Positions 16,145 to 24,525 of a stretch of DNA of 29,731 bases are shown in pieces. This DNA is from an uncultured Candidatus Saccharibacteria bacterium. GTDB lineage: Bacteria; Patescibacteriota; Minisyncoccia; Phycocordibacterales; WO2-35-19. Each line of letters starts with the position of its first letter. Position 1 is the stretch's first letter. The stretch spans positions 11,227 through 40,957 of the forward strand of contig CAYQIR010000002.1 of the NCBI GenBank assembly GCA_964417625.1. The letters are read 5' to 3'. The translations under genes and the position numbers were made by a program. The notes below the pieces were generated by a model, which was given only the letters and a program-made list of their open reading frames with translations, was not told the DNA's origin and searched no databases.

Positions 16145-18877
16145 TTAAAATTCTTTGTAGTTTGGATCTACCGCAAAGTTGGCTAACACGGTTTCGTTGC
16201 CAACACCCTTGGTAAATGTGCAGGTTGGTTGCCTTTGATTGCCTTCAGTAGTGCAAGTAACTCCGCTCCAGCCGGTGAATATTCTATTGGAAGCGTGCGA
16301 CTCGATAAGCTGAACGGAAGTGCCGGGTATGTAATTTTCACTGCAATCAGTGCCGCAATTGATTCCCACCGGAAGGCTTGTTACCAGCCCCTGCCCTGTC
16401 CTTATAACATTCAAAGCAGAAGCAGGAGCATCCTGAATATTAATAGTCACCGTATCAAACGAATTTGGCCCAACCGGATCGCAGGCAATGGTATAGCTGG
16501 TGGATTGATATAAAGGACCGACGGTAGCGCTTCCTGAGCCATTCGGATAAGCAGCAGGGTTTGGTTTTGGCTGCGAAGTAATAGTGCAACTATCGACAGT
16601 AGCGCTTGAATATTGCCAGCTTAAAACAGAAGTATCGGTACCATATATAACACTGGTAGGATTGGCATCAATATTTACCACAGCGGGAGGCGTTGGCGTA
16701 ACCGTTGCGGAAACCGTAGGAGAATTTCCTCCGGCATTCGTGCAATATAATGTGTAAGTCGTTGCGGCGCTGATGCCGGATATCGTCTGATTTCCTCCAG
16801 CTACCGCTTTTGAACCGCTCCAGCCTCCCCCAGCAGTGCAGGAAGTAACATTTGAGCCGGAAACCGTCCAGGTCAGAGTTGAGGTTAGAGGCGAAGTGCC
16901 GGTGGTTGGATTGGCGACAAGAGTAACGGTTGGAGCCGGAGGGTTTACCACCACCGTCGCTCTTGCCGTGGCATCAGAAGTGCCGGCTTTTGAGCAAGTG
17001 ATGTCAAATATTTGGGTACTTGCCGGAATGCCGGTTCTGTCTTCAAATCCGCCTGATGGAGTCTTTGATCCGCTCCAATAGTTTGAGGCGGTGCAGGAAG
17101 TCGGGCTGCCTGTCGTGGTCCAGGTCAGCCTGGTAGTTCCCGGAGCAGTGAGCGGACCGGCTGGAGAGGCAGAAAGGGTAACGGAGATCGCGCCGACCGG
17201 CGTCACCGTTGCGGAAACCGTAGGAGAATTTCCTCCGGCATTCGTGCAATATAATGTGTAAGTCGTTGCGGCGCTGATGCCGGATATCGTCTGATTTCCT
17301 CCAGCTACCGCTTTTGAACCGCTCCAGCCTCCCCCAGCAGTGCAGGAAGTAACATTTGAGCCGGAAACCGTCCAGGTCAGAGTTGAGGTTAGAGGCGAAG
17401 TGCCGGTGGTTGGATTGGCGACAAGAGTAACGGTTGGAGCCGGAGGGTTTACCACCACCGTCGCTCTTGCCGTGGCATCAGAAGTGCCGGCTTTTGAGCA
17501 AGTGATGTCAAATATTTGGGTACTTGCCGGAATGCCGGTTCTGTCTTCAAATCCGCCTGATGGAGTCTTTGATCCGCTCCAATAGTTTGAGGCGGTGCAG
17601 GAAGTCGGGCTGCCTGTCGTGGTCCAGGTCAGCCTGGTAGTTCCCGGAGCAGTGAGCGGACCGGCTGGAGAGGCAGAGAGGGTGACGGAGATTGGACACG
17701 CAGATGAGACTGTACCAATAACTGAGCCGCTTGGAGCCGAAGAACCGGCCAGACTGGTTGCTACTACAGTGTATGAATGTGGCGTGCCAGGGGTAAGGCT
17801 AGTGTCCTGAAAAGATAAACCTGATGCATTATACACAGGCGTGCCTCCCCCATCTCTATATACTTGATAACTCGTCGCTCCGCCGGAAGCGTTCCAAGAT
17901 ATATTAAGCAAATTACTGTCGCATGACCCGGCCGAAACGCTGAGGCCGGTAGGAGTAGGAGGCGGCGGTGCTATGGTAGCACTACAAGAACTAACTCCCC
18001 ACCCATAGTCGGTATAACAGGTCCAGGACCAACCGGTACCGGTGGAAGTCAGTGAGCCTTGGGAATTGCCTATATTAAAATGAGCGGTATCGGAAACAGG
18101 CGCTCCGGTATCGCACAAGAATCGGGGGTCATATACTCCGCCACTCTGCGTATCAGGAGCTGCATAATCTTTGTTAACTGCATCACTGTGATACGGAAAA
18201 GCTTTACCATTAAAAGAACCGCAAGTGCCGTAAAAATACGCCATACATTGAGCATTGGTGCCTCCATTTATGCCCGCACATTGCCAATACCAAGGTCCAC
18301 CGCCGACAAAAGTTGACGGATAAGCTAGGCCGCTATCGCAAGCAGGAGTAGATAAAGATGAATATGAACCCAAATGATTATAGCCACAAGCTCCATTAAC
18401 CACCGTCGTATCAACAGTACAGTCATACGAACAAATTTCAGGATTTTCCGTATTTGGGTCACAGTACCCATCTCCACAAGAAGTGCCGTCTCCAGGCTGG
18501 CCGCAACATGCTGTCTGGCCATCACAAGGATCGTTAACATCATCACATACTCCGCCCGGAGGATAGATTGGTATGCAATCGCATCCTGTAGTTGAAGAAC
18601 AATTGAAAATACCGCTTCCTGATGAGTACGGGCAGAATTGGCCTGATGACGCGCAAACGGCTGATCCAGTATCACCACAGTCAATAGAACAACTTCCGTC
18701 GTTACTGTAATTGCATGTGTCGGTTCCGCAAGCTGCATCCCATGTATTACATGTCCCTGAATCAGCCACTACCACCCCTGCTGGTAAAAAATAGAGAACC
18801 AAAAACATTACAGCTAGTAGAAGCAATAAAGTTAATATTCTGGATTTTGGTAAAAATAAGTTAGTAACTATTGACAT
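16145..18877 (-). CDS. 910-aa Cys-rich surface/adhesin-like protein (FN3, Ig-like repeats, InlB-B-repeat-like C-terminus)
   Basis: N-terminal TM/signal; 18 Cys in ~115 aa including CGDGYC; NGACG repeat; FN3-like ISWN..ATSYQVYR; duplicated Ig-like pairs; GQGLVTS.P.GINCG.DC..F.GWSG. Confidence 0.85.
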   Translation of the reverse strand: MSIVTNLFLPKSRILTLLLLLAVMFLVLYFLPAGVVVADSGTCNTWDAACGTDTCNYSNDGSCSIDCGDTGSAVCASSGQFCPYSSGSGIFNCSSTTGCDCIPIYPPGGVCDDVNDPCDGQTACCGQPGDGTSCGDGYCDPNTENPEICSYDCTVDTTVVNGACGYNHLGSYSSLSTPACDSGLAYPSTFVGGGPWYWQCAGINGGTNAQCMAYFYGTCGSFNGKAFPYHSDAVNKDYAAPDTQSGGVYDPRFLCDTGAPVSDTAHFNIGNSQGSLTSTGTGWSWTCYTDYGWGVSSCSATIAPPPPTPTGLSVSAGSCDSNLLNISWNASGGATSYQVYRDGGGTPVYNASGLSFQDTSLTPGTPHSYTVVATSLAGSSAPSGSVIGTVSSACPISVTLSASPAGPLTAPGTTRLTWTTTGSPTSCTASNYWSGSKTPSGGFEDRTGIPASTQIFDITCSKAGTSDATARATVVVNPPAPTVTLVANPTTGTSPLTSTLTWTVSGSNVTSCTAGGGWSGSKAVAGGNQTISGISAATTYTLYCTNAGGNSPTVSATVTPVGAISVTLSASPAGPLTAPGTTRLTWTTTGSPTSCTASNYWSGSKTPSGGFEDRTGIPASTQIFDITCSKAGTSDATARATVVVNPPAPTVTLVANPTTGTSPLTSTLTWTVSGSNVTSCTAGGGWSGSKAVAGGNQTISGISAATTYTLYCTNAGGNSPTVSATVTPTPPAVVNIDANPTSVIYGTDTSVLSWQYSSATVDSCTITSQPKPNPAAYPNGSGSATVGPLYQSTSYTIACDPVGPNSFDTVTINIQDAPASALNVIRTGQGLVTSLPVGINCGTDCSENYIPGTSVQLIESHASNRIFTGWSGVTCTTEGNQRQPTCTFTKGVGNETVLANFAVDPNYKEF
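16695..17692. repeat. 504-bp in-frame tandem duplication
   Basis: 16701-17173 reads identical to 17205-17677 by eye; a few synonymous differences occur only at the unit edges. Confidence 0.95.
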
Positions 18878-18886
18878 ATTATTTTT

Positions 18887-19471
18887 TTATTGTAAGGTTT
18901 TAACTACAAGTTCAACGTTATTTTCTTTTTGAGTAAACATAATTCTGACTTGCGTTTTAGATTGAGAATTTACATATTCCATAAAGCCAAACTTATCAGA
19001 ATACAAGCCTGTTTGGAATAACCACTGAGTATTATTAAAATCTCTAATTTTTTCTAGAATATTACCCTGAATAGTTGAATTGCTGATTGTGTAATTAAAG
19101 AAATAGCCGATTTGTTTCTGTTCTTCATATTCTAATTTTTTGGTGAAAACTTGCGCATCAAAATCAGTAAAAACAAAATCCCGCAACTCTTCGGGCAGAT
19201 CTGCTGACTTTATGGGCGTAGTTTTAACGACGTTAGGAAAAATAATAGCAGCTTGACTTAAAAATGTTCTTTGTTTGTCTCTGAGTTCCTGTTCCGCTGT
19301 TTTGGTATTCGTTGGATTTAGATTAAATTTATCTTGCCAAAAAATCAAATAAAAAGAAATGAGGACGGCAGCAACAATTATTGTCGCTCCTTTAAACCAT
19401 GTGGTCTTAAAAAACGGTTTTGAAGGTGAAGGAATAGTTAAGTTTTGGTTATATATTTCTCCCATTGACAC
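18887..19471 (-). CDS. Single-TM hypothetical protein, AT-rich, probable operon partner of the surface protein (start may be the ATG at 19465)
   Basis: One TM helix; 9-nt gap to the 910-aa gene; TGaTATAAT at 19475-19483; spot count 18/60 GC at 18961-19020. Confidence 0.75.
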   Translation of the reverse strand: MSMGEIYNQNLTIPSPSKPFFKTTWFKGATIIVAAVLISFYLIFWQDKFNLNPTNTKTAEQELRDKQRTFLSQAAIIFPNVVKTTPIKSADLPEELRDFVFTDFDAQVFTKKLEYEEQKQIGYFFNYTISNSTIQGNILEKIRDFNNTQWLFQTGLYSDKFGFMEYVNSQSKTQVRIMFTQKENNVELVVKTLQ

Positions 19472-19639
19472 TCAATTATATCAAAAAATAGTATAATTTT
19501 AGGTAAATGATATGTGGATAAGTGCATTAACACACAGATTGTCCACTCTTTAAAGATACCCGTTTATAACACGTGTTGTATAATTCTAATTAGATGTTTG
19601 ATGTTCGTTGACTTCAACCTGGTATAAAGGAGGTGTCAA

Positions 19640-21769
19640 ATGCGCCATATTTTTTGGGTCGTATTCTTCGTGAACGCGGCCTTGGGACAACAACAATACA
19701 CAATTACAGAGATGCCGGCGATTTCGCCGACTGTCTCAATTGTGACTCGTCTTGCGGTTGGCCCGGACAACAAAGTCTGGGCAGTGTACCAAGATCAAGG
19801 CCGGGGGTTTATCGCCGTCAAAGAAGCAGGTCAGCAGGGGTTTAGTGTGGTTGGTGGTAATGTCAACCCATCTTTCTTTTCCCCTAAAATGTCATGGTCT
19901 GGGCGTTCCGACGGGCCATGGATGACTATGGGATCATTCTTCCCCCAACCTGGAGCACGTAGCCTGCTGGGAGAATTCACGGGCGAAAGAGTCAATGGAG
20001 TTTCTACTTACAAGAATGTTACTTTAGAAGCAACTCTACTTCCCAGCCTAAACGCTCTCTGTCCAAACTACAGCGTTAAAAATGCTGGCAGTAACAATCC
20101 TGCTCCTGTCACTTATATTGGTCCGTTCCCGTCAAACGGGGCTTACCACATGCTGTTGACCGGCACAGATAAACTCACGTCGATTTATCGACTCAACCCT
20201 TCAGGTTGCAGTCTAGACCTCGTCGTCAAGACTTCGATCTGGGCTTTGCAGGCATGGCCAATTGGAAACAATTTGTTCCTTACGGAACGGATCGTGAATC
20301 CAAATTTCATTAGTCAAGTATCTGAGATCGGCACTATTGACTCTGGTGGGAAATTTACCAGCCTGGTCAAGTCTGACAGGAGTGATCGGTGCGACATGGT
20401 GTTTGACCATGCCCAACAGCAGGCTCTTATATCCTGCAAAGACGCTAGAGGCGGTCGCGTCGTCCTGTTCAGGAATGGAGCTATTCGGGAAATTTACTCC
20501 GGTGGCGAAGTGTCGCAGAACGTTCGAGCAATCGCCATAAACGGCGACTATGCCGTGTTCGGTGGCAGCACTACCAATGTACCGATTGCTACGTTGCTAC
20601 TCGCCAATCTCCAAACCGGCACGGTTGCTGTGTTGGTAAAAGCCGGAGACAAGAGGCACCCTGTTGTGGAAGCTCTGGTTGGATTTGTTGCAGATACAAT
20701 AAGTGTTTCCACGGACGGTATAGTGTATTTTGGCGGCGCAGCAGCCGGCTGGGCGAAAACTTTTGTTGTAGCCCCTCATGCCTCAGTCCTTCAGCCACAG
20801 CTTGACCCTATTAGCGGAGTTCTCATTGGCCGGACTGCAACACTCTCCGGCAAGAATCTCGTGCAGCCGCAGACGGTTACGACCGTCCTGCTAAACGGAA
20901 CGAGTATCCCGTTCAATACGCTTGGAGACCGGCTGGACATCACTGCCCCCTCGGTCCCCGGCACCTATGCGGTCCAAGTGAAAGTAGTTGGTGCAGTAGA
21001 GCAACTTTCCAACATCATCCAGCTCACAGTATCAGCGCCTGTGCCGGTCAACCCCGTATTCTCCGCTGCCGCTGTGGTGGACAATGCCTCGGGACAGAAC
21101 CCCTGTTCTCCAGGCGGAATTTGCTCCGTTTATGGTACTCGGCTGGCCATTGCTACCGCCGTAGCTTCAATAATTCCGTTGCCAACCGTGCTTGCCGGTA
21201 CGCAAGTACTGGTAAACAACGTTCCGGCCCCGCTTTTCTTTGTTTCCCCAGGCCAAATCAATTTCCAGATGCCTTGGGAAACAGCTGTAGGCCAGGCAAC
21301 TATGATGGTGATTTCCGGTTCGCTTTCAAGCGACTCGGTTGCCATTACAGTTATAGAGTCAGGGCCAGGGCTTTATCGAGCAAATGGCCTCGCCATTGCT
21401 CAAGATGGCCTGACCGGCATACTGACAAATACCGCCGACTCTCCGGCCTACGGAGGACAGGTGCTGGTGCTATACGGCACAGGGTTTGGGTTGACCGAAT
21501 GCAAAGTTGCAACTGGTTCCATCACTCCCGCAAAGCTTTGCACCGTCCTCCAAAAAGTCTCCGTGAATTTCGCTGGCGCGCAAGCGCAGGTTCTCTGGGC
21601 AGGCCTTTCTCCCGGTTGGATTGGCCTCTACCAGATCAACTTAGTGGTTCCGGACACGCTCCCCATTCCTGGGGACACGCCCGAACTGGTAGAAATTTCT
21701 CTGGAAGTCGGCAACCGCAAGGACGCCACTTCCAAAGGGATTCTGCTTGGTCAAAGGAGGCTTCCATAA
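19640..21769 (+). CDS. Secreted protein with an IPT/TIG-like domain and a Solibacter-type C-terminal domain (TIGR03437-like)
   Basis: Signal peptide; C-terminus LPTVLAGTQVLVNNVPAPLFFVSPGQINFQMP ... VLYGTGFG ... AGLSPGWIGLYQINLVVP; AAGGAGGT Shine-Dalgarno. Confidence 0.85.
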   Translation: MRHIFWVVFFVNAALGQQQYTITEMPAISPTVSIVTRLAVGPDNKVWAVYQDQGRGFIAVKEAGQQGFSVVGGNVNPSFFSPKMSWSGRSDGPWMTMGSFFPQPGARSLLGEFTGERVNGVSTYKNVTLEATLLPSLNALCPNYSVKNAGSNNPAPVTYIGPFPSNGAYHMLLTGTDKLTSIYRLNPSGCSLDLVVKTSIWALQAWPIGNNLFLTERIVNPNFISQVSEIGTIDSGGKFTSLVKSDRSDRCDMVFDHAQQQALISCKDARGGRVVLFRNGAIREIYSGGEVSQNVRAIAINGDYAVFGGSTTNVPIATLLLANLQTGTVAVLVKAGDKRHPVVEALVGFVADTISVSTDGIVYFGGAAAGWAKTFVVAPHASVLQPQLDPISGVLIGRTATLSGKNLVQPQTVTTVLLNGTSIPFNTLGDRLDITAPSVPGTYAVQVKVVGAVEQLSNIIQLTVSAPVPVNPVFSAAAVVDNASGQNPCSPGGICSVYGTRLAIATAVASIIPLPTVLAGTQVLVNNVPAPLFFVSPGQINFQMPWETAVGQATMMVISGSLSSDSVAITVIESGPGLYRANGLAIAQDGLTGILTNTADSPAYGGQVLVLYGTGFGLTECKVATGSITPAKLCTVLQKVSVNFAGAQAQVLWAGLSPGWIGLYQINLVVPDTLPIPGDTPELVEISLEVGNRKDATSKGILLGQRRLP

Positions 21770-21811
21770 CCTCTTTTGTGTACAAAACAATCCCGCTGTT
21801 TGCGGGACCGC

Positions 21812-21860
21812 CCGGCCGGGACGATGCGTAGATTCGCAAAGTCCCGGCCGGTTTTAGTTT
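21812..21860 (+). terminator. Intrinsic terminator
   Basis: 11-bp IR CCGGCCGGGAC/GTCCCGGCCGG followed by TTTTAGTTTT. Confidence 0.7.
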
Positions 21861-21875
21861 TCCACTTTTTTGTGC

Positions 21876-21903
21876 TTGACAATATATATAATTTTGATAT
21901 AAT
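21876..21903 (+). promoter_or_regulatory. Near-consensus sigma70 promoter for the S8 protease gene
   Basis: TTGACA, 16 nt, TATAAT with TG extension; GAGGAG RBS before the ATG at 21951. Confidence 0.7.
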
Positions 21904-21950
21904 AGAACTAGAATTATTGAGGTTATTTGTAAATTTGAGAGGAGACGGAT

Positions 21951-23015
21951 ATGAAAACGGCATTCGCGTTAATCACGCTGGTCGTTTTCGCACGACCGGC
22001 TCAATCACAAACACGGGAACTGAACGATCCGCTTTACGCGCGCCAGGAGAGAAGCTTCGTGCAAGCCGGCGTACCATCCCTTTGGGCCGCCGTCGGCAAG
22101 ACAGTCGAAATTCCGGTCATTGATTTGGACACCGGGGTTGACTGCAACCATGAAGATATCTGGCGCGCGACTGACGCTTCGCAAGCCAAGTCGTTCGCGG
22201 ACAGGAAGCCATGCCAAGATGAATACGGGCACGGCACACGGACTTCGGCCGTTATCGCCGGACAGTCTGGCAACGAGATTGGCATCGCAGGAATCGCTGG
22301 CAACGTCCGGCTCATTCCTTACAAGATTGCCGCTCTCCTGCCGGACGGCACGCTGACCATGGGCGACGACTCGGTCGAAACTCTGGTCAAGGCGTTTGAC
22401 GCCATTGCTGAACTGCCCTACCCGCTCGTGATTGTTAACGCGAGCACGGCAGTCGGCTGCAACTCGCTTGAATGCTTTGGTTCGGATAAAGTCCGGGCAG
22501 CAATCGAGAGATTGCAAAACAAAGCGCTCATCGTAGCAGCCGCCGGCAACAACGGCTTCGGCCGTCAGCAAGGCGGGCAGGATGTGGATGCGTTTGAGCA
22601 TCTGCCCTGCACGGCGAGCAACTTGCCTAATGTGATTTGTGTCGGCGCTGTTGATTTTGAAGGACGGCTCATGTCGTCTTCCAACTTTGGCAGCAAGGTG
22701 CAGATCGCCGCTCCGGGCAACTGGGTTTGGACTGCAGTGCCTGGCAATCAGTACGCTCCGACTTCCGGCACTTCCATCGCGACGCCTTTCGTTTCAGGTA
22801 TCGCCGCGCTAGTAGCCGGGTCAATGCTCGCTGACGGCGCATCAGTCGAAAGAGTGACGCCTGCAACGCTCAAGCAGGCTCTCCTCGCCGGTGCCAAGTC
22901 CGAGCCTCAATCGGAGAATACCTTGGCCACCGCTCCTAACAACCCCGCCGTCGTGGACGGCCTGGGAACGCTAACAGCATTGCAAAAGCTGCTAGCAGAA
23001 CCGCCACAAAACTGA
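21951..23015 (+). CDS. Secreted subtilisin-family (S8) serine protease
   Basis: Catalytic triad in DLDTG, HGT and GTSIATP, oxyanion AAAGN, signal peptide. Confidence 0.93.
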   Translation: MKTAFALITLVVFARPAQSQTRELNDPLYARQERSFVQAGVPSLWAAVGKTVEIPVIDLDTGVDCNHEDIWRATDASQAKSFADRKPCQDEYGHGTRTSAVIAGQSGNEIGIAGIAGNVRLIPYKIAALLPDGTLTMGDDSVETLVKAFDAIAELPYPLVIVNASTAVGCNSLECFGSDKVRAAIERLQNKALIVAAAGNNGFGRQQGGQDVDAFEHLPCTASNLPNVICVGAVDFEGRLMSSSNFGSKVQIAAPGNWVWTAVPGNQYAPTSGTSIATPFVSGIAALVAGSMLADGASVERVTPATLKQALLAGAKSEPQSENTLATAPNNPAVVDGLGTLTALQKLLAEPPQN

Positions 23016-23046
23016 AGCGCCCCGATGTATATCGGGGCGCTTTTCT
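23015..23046. terminator. Intrinsic terminator (probably bidirectional)
   Basis: 12-bp IR AAGCGCCCCGAT-gtat-ATCGGGGCGCTT between convergent genes. Confidence 0.8.
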
Positions 23047-23065
23047 CATTTCAGCTCATCATTCC

Positions 23066-23560
23066 CTATTTCAACCCTTTGCAATTTGAAGCAGGAGTGT
23101 AGCCGGCGGCGCGAGCTTCTTCAATGGAATTAAAAGTGATTTTATTTTTTTCGGAAATTTGTTTGGCGCCAGCGCACCAAGGGTAATGATATTTGGTGCC
23201 ATTTTTTGAACCAACAACCGCACTATTATTCAAACCAGATTGCTCGGAGCCCATGTCTATATTTGCCCCCTTCACTTCTCCTATATTGTTCTTTTCGGTC
23301 TCCCCCTTAATGTAAGGGGGATTAAGGGGGTTATTAGTATCAGGATTTTGCGAAACAATCCGCACCGGCTCCCTCTCCCCGGCTATTTTAGAAATCCGGC
23401 CCAAACAAAAAGCAATAATAGCAACCAAAATGATAACTGCTGGCACGAAATACCGACCAGTCAAAAAGGCCTCCATTTTGGCCCGAAGACCCCCGCCTTT
23501 TGAAGAATCCAAATCTTCTAGGTCCACATATTCCTCTATATTATGTTGATCTTCTTGCAT
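23066..23560 (-). CDS. Membrane-anchored protein with an Ada-type metal-binding domain
   Basis: TM helix followed by GSKNGTKYHYPWC...F.S.EEA.AAGY.PA.NC. Confidence 0.8.
   Translation of the reverse strand: MQEDQHNIEEYVDLEDLDSSKGGGLRAKMEAFLTGRYFVPAVIILVAIIAFCLGRISKIAGEREPVRIVSQNPDTNNPLNPPYIKGETEKNNIGEVKGANIDMGSEQSGLNNSAVVGSKNGTKYHYPWCAGAKQISEKNKITFNSIEEARAAGYTPASNCKGLK
23301..23333 (+). repeat. REP-like palindrome inside the Ada-like CDS
   Basis: TCCCCCTTA-atg-TAAGGGGGA plus TTAAGGGGGTTA; closely matches the reverse complement of 11364-11395 and encodes NPLNPPYIKGE. Confidence 0.75.
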
Positions 23561-23627
23561 TTTATCCGGCTTTGTCTTATACTTTAGGTGTTAAGGATAT
23601 TATAACAAATAAGTCACATTAACTGAT

Positions 23628-23900
23628 ATGGCGCATAAAAAAGCGGCTGGAACAACAAAAAACGGCAGAGATTCGGGCCCGCAATATCTGGGGATTAAAA
23701 TTTCTGATGGCAGCTTGGCAAAGACCGGCGCTATTTTAGTGCGCCAAAGAGGTTCGCAAATCATCGCAGGCAATGGGGTTGGGGTCGGTAAAGATTACAC
23801 TCTTTTTGCTCTCCGAGACGGCAAAGTTAAAATGACCGCCAAAAGAAAAGTTCACTTCGACGGCTCCACTATCGTCAAAAAAGTCGCCAGCTTAGTGTAA
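23628..23900 (+). CDS. rpmA: 50S ribosomal protein L27
   Basis: [27 protein letters not shown] and [11 protein letters not shown]. Confidence 0.97.
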   Translation: MAHKKAAGTTKNGRDSGPQYLGIKISDGSLAKTGAILVRQRGSQIIAGNGVGVGKDYTLFALRDGKVKMTAKRKVHFDGSTIVKKVASLV

Positions 23901-24008
23901 AAAATAAAATAGTTCTTGAGCGAGCTTCCGCAGGCTGACTGAGCCGAGGACAAGGAAATTTTCAGCAGAAAATTTCTGGAGCGAGCGAGAGAAGCTATTT
24001 TATTTTTT
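23899..24008. repeat. 110-bp inverted-repeat element between convergent rpmA and rplI
   Basis: Perfect 14-bp terminal IR at 23899-23912/23995-24008 and inner hairpin GAAATTTTC-agca-GAAAATTTC. Confidence 0.6.
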
Positions 24009-24450
24009 ACACTGATTCTACTGACAAAATAAACTCGCCCTTGCTTTTGCCGACTTCGGCGAGGACAGCATGCTCCCCTACTTCCTTGATTGGCTTTTCG
24101 GTTTTCAAAAATTCCGCATCAATATTTATGTGAGCTTGACTCTTCAAAGCTTCGGCAATTTCTGCCGAGTGGATTTTTTCAAACAAGTGGCCTTTGTCGC
24201 TCGCTTTTTTAGTTAGAGTGATTTTTATTCCTTTTAATATCTCAATTTGCTTTTCAGCTAAACTTTCCCTGATTTCAATTTCAGCGATAGCGGTTTTTTT
24301 GAGCTCCTCCGCTTTTTTGACTGCATCCGCAGTGGCGAACTCGGCCATTTTTTGGGGCAACAAAAAATTGTTGGCATACCCGTCGGCCACATTTTTAACT
24401 TCGTACTTTCGGCCAATGCCTTTGATGTCCTGTTTTAATATAACCTTCAT
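24007..24450 (-). CDS. rplI: 50S ribosomal protein L9
   Basis: MKVILKQDIKGIGRKYEVKNVADGYANNFLLP, GHLFEKI and PIKEVGEH. Confidence 0.96.
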   Translation of the reverse strand: MKVILKQDIKGIGRKYEVKNVADGYANNFLLPQKMAEFATADAVKKAEELKKTAIAEIEIRESLAEKQIEILKGIKITLTKKASDKGHLFEKIHSAEIAEALKSQAHINIDAEFLKTEKPIKEVGEHAVLAEVGKSKGEFILSVESV

Positions 24451-24464
24451 GTTTTTTGTTCCTG

Positions 24465-24503
24465 CCCCTATCTTATATTTAAGAGAGGGGTTGGGGTGAG
24501 TTA
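24465..24503 (+). repeat. REP-like palindrome
   Basis: CCCCTATCTTA-tatt-TAAGAGAGGGG plus TTGGGGTGAGTTA; close to the copy at 11822. Confidence 0.75.
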
Positions 24504-24525
24504 TTTTAATCTTTTAATCTTTAAA

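Noticed and set aside
19513-19547. Replication origin (perfect DnaA box TGTGGATAA at 19513-19521 plus a degenerate inverted copy)
   Set aside because: One perfect box is not a cluster; no dnaA or dnaN nearby and no clear unwinding element.
16145-23015. Prophage or integrative element for the accessory block
   Set aside because: No integrase, transposase, phage structural gene or flanking att-like direct repeat was found.
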